NCBI GenBank assembly: GCA_002269645.1
Contig: NIVC01000598.1
Location: 186,001-250,000 of the forward strand
From: Macrostomum lignano
Lineage: Eukaryota
DNA length: 64,000 nt
Direction of reading: 5' to 3'
Made by a program: the position numbers and the translations under genes. The notes beneath the pieces were generated by a model. It had not been told where the DNA came from, did no database searches, and saw only the letters and a list, made by a program, of their open reading frames with translations. Positions 31,642 to 41,705 of this stretch are shown here, one piece after another; within the stretch, counting starts at the first letter, position 1; every line of letters begins with the position of its first letter.

Positions 31642-34600
31642 ATGGAGCTTCCGATTGATGGCCAGCAGATTCTGCAACAGCATCAGCACATGCCTCTGCT
31701 TCTGCGAAGCATTGGAGATGACGAGGTCGGAGTCTACGCGGCCGAACTGCAGCAGCAGCAATCGAGCTATCTGCACCGTAAGTTTGCCGTGGGAATCTCC
31801 ACCGTCTCATGATGTAGTTCATTCTCCAGCCTTCGAGATGAGTACTTCTTGGAAAATTCCCTCGAATCTTTTAGGCTAAAAGAAGATATATGGAGTGGGG
31901 ATAATTCGAAAAGTCCTCAAATTATGAAATTAAGAAGCTAATGAGGCCATGCTAAGAATGTAAGAGGCCAAGCTAAGAATCTAAGGAGGCCAAGCTAAGA
32001 AGCTAAGGAGGCCAAGCTAAGAATCTAAGGAGGCCAAGCTAAGAAGCTAAGGAGGCCAAGCTAAGAATCTAAGGAGGCCAAGCTAAGAATCTAAGGAGGC
32101 CAAGCTAAGAAGCTAAGGAGGCCAAGCTAAGAAGCTAAGGAGGCCAAGCTAAGAAGCTAAGGAGGCCAAGCTAAGAATCTAAGGAGGCCAAGCTAAGAAT
32201 CTAAGGAGGCCAAGCTAAGAAGCTAAGGAGGCCAAGCTAAGAAGCTAAGGAGGCCAAGCTAAGAAGCTAAGGAGGCCAAGCTAAGAAGCTAAGGAGGCCA
32301 TTTCGCATTCATTCGCAGGCTTCGCCTCGCCAATCAGCGCCGGTAGTCCGCAGCACCAGCAGCTGCAGCTGCCGCGGTCGCACGAATCCGCCACCCTGCT
32401 GATCGCCTGCCCGGGCCAGCCCTGGGACTCCCCTTCGGGCATCTCCTCTTCCGCGGCCGCTCAGCAGTCCGCAGTCGTCACCAGTGCCACCGCCGGTGCC
32501 GCTGCTGCCGCCGCTGGCGTCGCCGCCTTCCACGAGGAGGTGGCGAACAGCTCAGGTGCGGACAGCGGCCTCGGACACGCGGACGACAGCGGCCACGTCG
32601 CGGGAGCAGCTGGCGGTGTCAGCGGCGGCGCCACGGACAGCGAAGGCGAGAAGGGCCAGCAGCAGCAGTGCAGCGGGAGGAAAGCTGGCGGCCAGGCCCA
32701 GGTGCAGTCAGGTGAGTGGCAGATTTCTTTGCTATTGATAATAGATGGCAATAATGTGCTTGTGAAATTGCTCGAGGCGTGTCTGTGATGTCACTGCAAT
32801 GTGACTGTGATGTGACTGTGATGTCACTGCAATGTGACTGTGATGTCACTGTGATGTCACTGCAATGTGACTGTGATGTAGCTGTGATGTCAACTGTGAT
32901 GTCACTGCAATGTGACTGTGATGTGGCTGTGATGTCACTGCGATGTGACTGCAATGTGACTATGATGTGACTGCGATGTGACTGTGAGGTGATTGCGATG
33001 TGACTGTGATGTGACTGTGATGTGACTCTATTATGCAGCTCTACTACCATGATACCACCAGACAGAAAGTTGTGGTGTAGGCAGTCAAAAATTAGAGAAG
33101 GATCGCATTGCAAAGCAACTTGGGACTAACAAGGACCTTCTTGTCTTTGCCCGCCCAAATCAGTGACTCCGCACACTTGGCTTCGCTCTCTCACGGCCAC
33201 TTTGCCGCCACTAAACTTCTCCCACTTCTTCATCCTCTTGACGCCTCCCCGCTGGGCGGCCCCTGGCTTTGAAGGGCTGAAAATGATTTGGAAACCCCTG
33301 CCGAGCGGGAGAAGTTACTCCGAGGACCGACCGGGATCGCCTGTCTGTCCTTCTCAGCTAAAATTTCATGACAATTTTTTTCGCGTTTTTAACAAAAAAC
33401 TACAACTGAAAATCCCGCGCGACGTGACTGTCAGAGGAATTATGGCTGTGTCAAAAATGCCACCCAGACAGATTCATGACAGCTGACAGAGGGCCAGAAT
33501 GTCTATGGCAGAGAGCCGCAGGTTGCAGGCGCAGTACGGACCGGGTCAGCTGTCCCGCAAAAAGTCACCCACAGCAGGCGCGCAACGCCAGCGAGGAGCG
33601 CCTTCGGTTGCGCAAGATTTTTCGGTCCTGTCAGCAAGAAAAATAATTCGCCTCATTATGCATGCGGAACCCCGTCGTCCCCCCCGCATTCGAGCCCGAA
33701 ACTCGACGGGGAGTCGCCGCCGGAGAATTCGATATCCCCTCCCACTGCGGCTCTGTTTCGAATATCGGGCGCGGCCGCAGTGTCTCGTCTTTCAGAGCTC
33801 GCAGCAGGGCGTCCCACGCGGGCCTCTCACACAGTGAGACAGTCAGTTTAGCATTTCAACGGCACCTCGGTGCAGAAGGCTGCAAAAGGCTTACTGGGGC
33901 CTTGACCCAGTATTATGAGCTTTTTTTCACAGTCTGGCTTTCTGACTTTCATTCGTGAATGAGCAAATCAAGGCCTGTAATTCACAGCCAGCCAGGGCGG
34001 CCTGACTATTCTCACCTAATTTGGGAAAGGGGATGCACTGTTAGGCGTCCTGAATTGCAGTTGAGGAGGCAGAGGGAAATGAGTGAGCATGCTAGTGTGT
34101 TCATGAGTTCATGAGTGAGTTCATGAGTTCATGAGTGAGTTCATGAGTGAGTTCATGAGTTCATGAGTGAGTTCATGAGTGAGTTCATGAGTGAGTTCAT
34201 GAGTGAGTTCATGAGTTCATGAGTGAGTTCATGAGTGAGTTCATGAGTGAGTTCATGAGTTCATGAGTGAGTCCATGAGTTCATGGGTTCATGAGTGAGT
34301 GAGTGAGTGAGTGAGTGAGTAAGTGAGTGAGTGAGTGAGTGAGTGAGTGAGTGAGTGAGTGAGTGAGTGAGTGAGTGAGTAAGTGAGTGAGTGAGTGAGT
34401 GAGTGAGTGAGTGAGTGAGTGAGTGAGTGAGTGAGTGAGTGAGTGAGTGAGTGAGTGAGTGAGTGAGTGAGTGAGTAAGTGAGTGAGTGAGTGAGTGAGT
34501 GAGTGAGTGAGTGAGGGAGTGAGTGAGTGAGTGAGTGAGTGAGTGAGTGAGTGAGTGAGTGAGTGAGTGAGTGAGTGAGTAAGTGAGTTCATGAGTGAGT

Positions 34601-37600
34601 CCATGAGTTCATGGGTTCATGAGTGAGTGAGTGAGTGAGTGAGTGAGTGAGTGAGTGAGTGAGTGAGTGAGTGAGTGAGTGAGTGAGTGAGTGAGTGAGT
34701 GAGTGAGTGAGTGAGTGAGTTCATGAGTGAGTCCATGAGTTCATGGGTTCATGAGTAAGTGAGTGAGTGAGTGAGTGAGTGAGTGAGTGAGTGAGTGAGT
34801 GAGTGAGTGAGTGAGTGAGTGAGTGAGTGAGTGAGTGAGTGAGTGAGTGAGTGAGTGAGAGAGTGAGTGAGTGAGTGAGTGAGTGAGTGAGTGAGTGAGT
34901 GAGTGAGTGAGTGAGTGAGTGAGTGAGTGAGTGAGTGAGTGAGTGAGTGAGTGAGTGAGTGAGTGAGTGAGTGAGTGAGTGAGTGAGTGAGTGAGTGAGT
35001 GAGTGAGTGAGTGAGTGAGTGAGTGAGTGAGTGAGTGAGTGAGTGAGTGTGTGAGTGAGGGAGTGAGTGAGTGAGTGAGTGAGTGAGTGTGTGAGTGAGG
35101 GAGTGAGTGAGGGAGTCAGTGAGTGAGGGAGTGAGTGAGTGAGTGAGGGAGTGAGTGAGGGAGTGAGAGGCGGGGGGTTGGTCACGCGGCCGCATGAAAG
35201 GAAGTGAGCATCGAACAGATTCTGCAAGCGATAATTTCCCGGCAGCAGCAGTCGCAGTCATGCGGACAGGAAATGCTGCAGCGGCCTCCCCTCCGCTGTA
35301 ATCAGCGCAGCTGCAGGGCATCCGCTGCCGCCGCGAGCCTTTGGCGCTGAGAAATTTCGCACGGGCCAGAATTTCAGCCAGATCGGTGCAGCTGATAAGC
35401 TGGGCCCGAACTGACTGACTGCTCACTGATTTGGCATCGCTCTGCTGCCCCCCAACAATTCTCCGTCACTTTCCTGTCGAATTTCTTGCCAGCCTCCGCC
35501 CAGCGACTGCATGGCAACTGTTTGAATGCCGGTATCGCAGCTGCAGAATCTGCTGACCGTTTCCGGTCGTTCGGGGCTCAGAAATTTGTGCTATAAATTA
35601 AATTTGACTAATATAGAAGCACAACAATGTCCCCCATCCCCCAGAAGGCATTCTGCGCCGCCGCTCTCTCACGGGTGAAATTTGATAGGGTCAGCTTGGT
35701 TCTGCCCGGTCCATCTGCATTGCGGACATCAGTCAGGGCAGATCAGGCCACACATTTCATACTTATAATGTCCCCCCACTGAATCCCACACACTGAATCC
35801 CACCCACTCAATCCCACCCACTCAATCTCACCCATTCAATCCCACCCACTCAATCCCACTCACTCAATCCCACTCACTCAATCCCACCCACTCAATCCCA
35901 CCCACTCAAACCCACCCACTCAATCCCACCCACTCAATCCCACTTACTCAATCCCACCCACTCAATCCCACTCACTCAATCCCACCCACTTAATCCCACC
36001 CACTCAATCCCACCCACTCAATCCCACCCACTCAATCCCACCCACTCAATCCCACCCACTCAATCCCACCCACTCAATCCCACCCACTCAATCCCACCCA
36101 CTCAATCCCACTCACTCAATCCCACCCACTCAATCCCACCCACTCAAACCCACCCATTCAATCCCACCCACTCAAACCCATCCATTCAATCCCACCCACT
36201 CAATCCCACCCATTCAATCCCACTCACTCAATCCCACCCACTCAATCCCACTCACTCAAACCCACCCATTCAATCCCACCCACTCAATCCCACCCATTCA
36301 ATCCCACTCACTCAATACCACCCACTCAATCCCACTCACTCAATCCCATCCACTCAATCCCACCCACTCAATCCCACCCACTCAATCCCACTTACTCAAT
36401 CCCACCCACTCAATCCCACCCACTCAATCCCACTCACTCAATCCCACCCACTCAATCCCACCCACTCAATCCCACCCACTCAATCCCACCCACTCAATCC
36501 CACCCACTCAATCCCACCCACTCAATCCCACCCATTCAATCCAAATCCCAATCCACTTCCCCATCCGGCAGGCGGGCGCAGGGCCGAGAAGCCGCCGTAC
36601 TCGTACATCGCGCTAATCGTGATGGCCATCCAGGCGTCGCCGCAGAAGCGGTGCACCCTGGCTGAGATCTACCAGTACCTGCAGGAGAATTTCGACTTCT
36701 TCCGCGGCCAGTACCAGGGCTGGAAGAACTCGGTGCGGCACAATCTGTCGCTAAACGAATGCTTCATCAAGATGCCGAAAGGTGAGTCTTAGTTGCTCAT
36801 GTCAGTGTGCTCAACAAGTACTGGTCGCTAAGTTCAAATGCAGGCAGTTCACAGGCATTTTTAGCCTGGAACGAGCATGGATTATTGAATTTAAAAACAG
36901 GATAAAATGCCTAAAATTCCATTCCGATGATCAGATTCAGGATTTTTTGGCGCTTTGAATTTTCGCGCCAACTTTTGAAACGGTTGAGCAAGGGTCGAAG
37001 TTTTTAACTTAAGGGCCAAGTAAAAATTCTGACGCATGGCTGCAGCGCAGAGGAGAGAGGAGTAAAGAGGGAATAGAGGAGAGAGAGGAGTTGAGAGGGA
37101 ATAGAGGAGAGAGAGGAGTAAAGAGGGAATAGAGGAGAGAGAGGAGTAAAGAGGGAATAGAGGAGAGAGAGGAGTTGAGAGGGAATAGAGGAGAGACAGG
37201 AGTAAAGAGGGAATAGAAGAGAGACAGGAGTAAAGAGGGAATAGAGGAGAGAGAGGAGTAAAGAGGGAATAGAGGAGAGAGAGGAGTAAAGAGGGAATAG
37301 AGGAGAGAGAGGAGTAAAGAGGGAATAGAGGAGAGAGAGGAGTTGAGAGGGAATAGAGGAGAGAGAGGAGTAAAGAGGGAATAGAGGAGAGAGAGGAGTA
37401 AAGAGGGAATAGAGGAGAGAGAGGAGTAAAGAGGGAATAGAGGAGAGAGAGGAGTTGAGAGGGAATAGAGGAGAGAGAGGAGTTGAGAGGGAATAGAGGA
37501 GAGAGAGGAATTAAGAGGGAATAGAGAGAGAGAGGTGAGAGAAGAGAAGAGAGGAGAGAGAGGTGAGAGGGAATAGAAGAGAGAGAGAGGTGAGAGAAGA

Positions 37601-40572
37601 GAAGAGAGGAGAGAGAGGTGAGAGGGAATAGAAGAGAGAGAGAGGTGAGAGAAGAGAAGAGAGGAGAGAAAGGTGAGAGGGAATAGAAGAGAGAGAGAGA
37701 GGTGAGAGAAGAGAGGAGAGGAGAGAGAGGTGAGAGGGAATAGAAGAGAGGAGAGAGAGGTGAGAGGGAATAGAAGAGAGAGAGAGGTGAGAGAAGAGAA
37801 GAGAGGAGAGAGAGGTGAGAGGGAATAGAAGAGAGAGAGAGGTGAGAGAAGAGAAGAGAGGAGAGAGAGGTGAGAGGGAATAGAAGAGAGAGAGAGAGGT
37901 GAGAGAAGAGAGGAGAGGAGAGAGAGGTGAGAGGGAATAGAAGAGAGGAGAGAGAGGTGAGAGGGAATAGAAGAGAGAGAGAGGTGAGAGAAGAGAAGAG
38001 AGGAGAGAGAGGTGAGAGGGAATAGAAGAGAGAGAGAGGTGAGAGAAGAGAGGAGAGGAGAGAGAGGTGAGAGGGAATAGAAGGGAGAGAGAGAGGTGAG
38101 AGAAGAGAAGAGAGAGAGAGGTGAGAGAAGAGAAGAGAGGAGAGAGAGGTGAGAGGGAATAGAAGAGAGAGAGAGGTGAGAGAAGAGAAGAGAGGAGAGA
38201 GCAGTTAAGAGGGAATAGAGGGGAGAGAGGAGTTGAGAGGGAATAGAGGAAAGAGAAGAGAGGGGAGACGAGAGAAGATCGGAGAGAGGGGAGAAGAGAT
38301 GAGAGAGGAGATCTGAGAAGAGACACAAACCATGACCGGGCCGGATTGCTATTGTGAAGTTTCAAAGGGCCAGATAGACAGAGGCTTCGTGGGCTGGAGC
38401 AGGGAATGCTCTACATATGTAGAATATTCCCTGGCTGGAGCTTGCTATATTAAGGAGACCCGGATATGAAAAGTCCCTGCAAAAATACATAAATAAGTTA
38501 TGAAAAAACAATACTATTAGCCATTCTAAAAGCCTTGATCGAGTCTGCAAACCGCCTGTGTCAAGTTTTACTGCATCTCAGCAATGAGTTTTTCAGTCCT
38601 AAAGCGACAAATCGAATAGAAAAAAGCAGACTGACAAACAACAAAAGCAACAAAAGAAAGCAAGCAACAGAGCCAGTTTGGTGATTGGGATCTTGGCGGA
38701 CATCCGGGTCGGTTCTCCCAACTTCCTGACCCCCGATGCGTGTCCCCCCCTGGCCCGTCATTTCCCCTTAGCAACACATGTGCAATCCCGGCTCGGTCTC
38801 AGCATCCCCCAACTCTGGTAACAGTCAAGGAGAACCAACCAGACCTCTGGAGTGACGGCTTCTGATCAAAGCATCATTTTCAGACCACCGTAGTCTGACT
38901 GCAGAGCCTGGAGTGACGGCTCCTGCCCTGACCCCCATTTTCAGACCACCGTAGGCTGACTGCAGAGCCTGGAGTGACGGCTCCTGCCCTGACCCCCATT
39001 TTCAGACCACTGTAGGCTGACTGCAGAGCCTGGAGTGACGGCTCCTGCCCTGACCCCCATTTTCAGACCACTGTAGGCTGACTGCAGACCTCTGGAGTGA
39101 CGGCTCCTGCCCTGACCCCCATTTTCAGACCACTGTAGGCTGACTGCAGACCTCTGGAGTGACGGCTCCTGCCCTGACCCCCATTTTCAGACCACTGTAG
39201 GCTGACACCAGAGCCTGGAGACTGGAGGAGTAGTTGCGGCTCCAGCCAAAGCTAGCCCTCATTCCAGACTCCCAAGTTGCCACTCCAGGCTTTGGTTGTG
39301 GGACTCCTTGGCTCAGCGGAGGCCGGGGCTCCCCAAGGCAAAATAAACGCCGCTCGCCGGGGCGCCGCCGCAGCTGGCCGGCCCTCGGCCGCCCCTCAGC
39401 TCGGCACAGCAACTCGAGAAGTCGAGTGGGTCCGCGCAACCCCCCCCCCCCCATCCCCATTAGCGAAGTGGCGGCAGCGCAGATACCATCGAACTTCGAA
39501 CCCAATTGTTGCAGATTTGCGTTGCGCGGGAGATTAGGGAGGGAGGGGGGCTGCGGCAGTCAGGTGTGGGGCGGGAGGCGGCCCATCCGCGACTTGGATT
39601 CGACATTCGGGACAGTGTCCGAGTGCATGATGCCGCGGGGACAGGCGCGCCATCAACCCGTGACAGCCCGGGGATGGGTTGGAGCGATATTACTGCGTTT
39701 TTAAAAACACCCTTATAGTGGAGGGACATCTAGCCTTTAGGGGATTTTTTAGCACTTTGATCCTTGACAGCCTTTTGGTTGTAAATTTCAAATCGTTTAG
39801 CAGTGTTGCCTCAACTCCCATGTCCCAATCCCCTCAACTTTCACATCCCCATCCCCTCAAATCCGAAATCCCCATCCACACAACTCCCAAATCCCCATCC
39901 CCTCAACTCCAAAATCCCCATCCACTCAACTCCCAAATCCCCATCCTCTCAACTCCCAGCTCCTTATCCCCTCAACTCTCACAAATTCATCCCCTCAAAT
40001 CCCACATCCCCATCACCTCAACTCCCAAATCCCCATCCCTTCAACTCCCACATCCCCATCCCTCAACACCCAAATTCCCATCCCCCTAACTCCCAAATCC
40101 CCATCCTCCAAAAATCCCAAAGCCAGCTCAGCACCAGCCACCCCGCCGCCCCAGCAGGAGTCGGTCGCCCCGGCAAAGGTCACTACTGGACCATCGACCA
40201 GCAGGCGGAGTTCATCCTGGAGGATGGCAGCTACCGGCGGCGACCGCGCGGCTTCCGGCGCAAATCTGGTCACGTGACCGGGATGGAGGCGGCGGCAGAG
40301 AAGGCTCCGTTCGGCCTCGCTGGCTGCTTCTCTGTGCAGGCGGACTCGCCAGGCTTGGGCCCGGCCGCCTGCCAGCTGCAGCTGCCGCAGAGCCAGCATC
40401 CGCAACTCTGCATCACTCCGTCTAAGGCCGAGGCTGACGCAGAGCTGGAAGCGGAGGCACAGCAGCAGCAACAGCAGCAGCAGCAGCAGCAGCTGTACCC
40501 GCAGCATCACCAGATGCAGCATCAGTTCCACCAGCTGCACCAGTTTGCGTGCCACTCGCCTGTTGGCTTGGA

Positions 40573-40604
<32 letters not shown>

Positions 40605-40990
40605 TGCACCTGTTTGATTACAGCCACTGGTATCAGCAGCAGCAGGCGTTCCCGCAGCCGGATCAGAGCTGCGGTTACCCAGTGCAGCAGCAGCAGCAGC
40701 AGCAGCAAATGGCGACCAACTTCGCCGCATATGGAGGCTACCCGGGTGTTTCCGCCGCTGCCGCCGCCGCCTACCACTGGGGCGCCCCCGGCTACCCGGT
40801 GGTATCAACGGATCAACAGCAGCAGCAGCAGCAGCAACAGCAACAACAACCGGACCTTCTGGCTGCCGCGGCTGCAGCCGCTGCCGCTGCAGCTGCCGCC
40901 GCAGCCAATGGCGACTCCGAGCTGCCAGCCTCTCCGTACTACCAGCACCAGCACCAGCACCAGCTGTGCCAGCCGGCCAACTGCCTCTGA
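31642..40990 (+). CDS. FoxF: Forkhead box F transcription factor. Exons 31642-31777, 32319-32711, 36572-36781, 40158-40990 (523 aa)
   Basis: Forkhead domain [68 protein letters not shown]|[36 protein letters not shown] carries FoxF-diagnostic [18 protein letters not shown] and GRPGKGHYW. All three introns are phase 1 with canonical gtaagt/gtgagt donors and cag acceptors. Exons 1-2 rest on splice/phase logic, not homology. Confidence 0.92.
31945..32300. repeat. 22-bp minisatellite GCTAAGAA(G/T)CTAAGGAGGCCAA in FoxF intron 1
   Basis: About 16 copies. Confidence 0.95.
32782..33030. repeat. Degenerate 10/20-bp TGTGATGTCACTGCAATGTGAC repeat in FoxF intron 2
   Basis: Direct inspection. Confidence 0.85.
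34100..35165. repeat. Compound (TTCATGAG)n / (GAGT)n satellite in FoxF intron 2
   Basis: Same family as 19610-20490. Confidence 0.95.
35790..36555. repeat. 14-bp minisatellite AATCCCACCCACTC, ~54 copies, ending at the FoxF exon 3 acceptor
   Basis: Direct inspection. Confidence 0.95.
37050..38320. repeat. Two adjacent GA-rich minisatellite families in FoxF intron 3
   Basis: GAGAGAGGAGTAAAGAGGGAATAGAG units switch near 37510 to GGTGAGAGGGAATAGAAGAG-type units. Confidence 0.92.
38840..39220. repeat. 61-63-bp minisatellite, ~6 copies
   Basis: TTTTCAGACCAC recurs with a ~61-nt period. Confidence 0.92.
39830..40140. repeat. Degenerate C-rich repeat (AACTCCCAAATCCCCATCC) before FoxF exon 4
   Basis: Direct inspection. 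Confidence 0.82.
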
Positions 40991-41705
40991 CTTGGCTGCA
41001 CTTTTATTTGAGTATCCCCAATAAAAATTATTCCTTTCCATTGATGTGCGAGAGTATCGATTTTTTTTCACTGACGAATCGCTGTCGTATTCCAAGAAAG
41101 CCACGGACTCTGAGCGGCTGGTTTGTTTGCAATTTTCTGCTTTTGAGTCTCTTTTTCTGTCATTAAATGCTTATTATTTCTCCACTACTGTCTCAGCATG
41201 CAGTGCTCCCTTGTAAATAGATTCAAGGTTTTTTCTGTTACCTATTTCTCAATAAGCGTTTTTTCGAATTGTTATAATTATATTTTCGAACTAACCTGAC
41301 ACTCAAGAGCTCGGCGGTTACCTTGCCAAATGCGCGGACTTTACTATAATAAAAATATATATCAAATACATAGTGATACCAGCTCGAGCTTTGCATTGTC
41401 GAATCTTTGTCTGTAGCCTGCAGTACATGCGGTTCGATACCAATATTTTATTGGTAAACTGCAACCTAAACTCAGTACGCAGAGAACACATTGATCGTGT
41501 GACTGTAAACAATGACTGCCATAAAAGTTACTCCATACATGTATATGACGCAATAAAATAGTATATAAAATGTTAATCACACAGAGAAATATGAAGGCTG
41601 AGCTCTAGTTGTAACTATAAGTCTAATCTGAGGCTTGAAGGATGTCAATCAAAGTCAAGCAACTCTGCAGTCCTGAGCAAAAAACTGAAGCGACTGACGG
41701 GCGCC

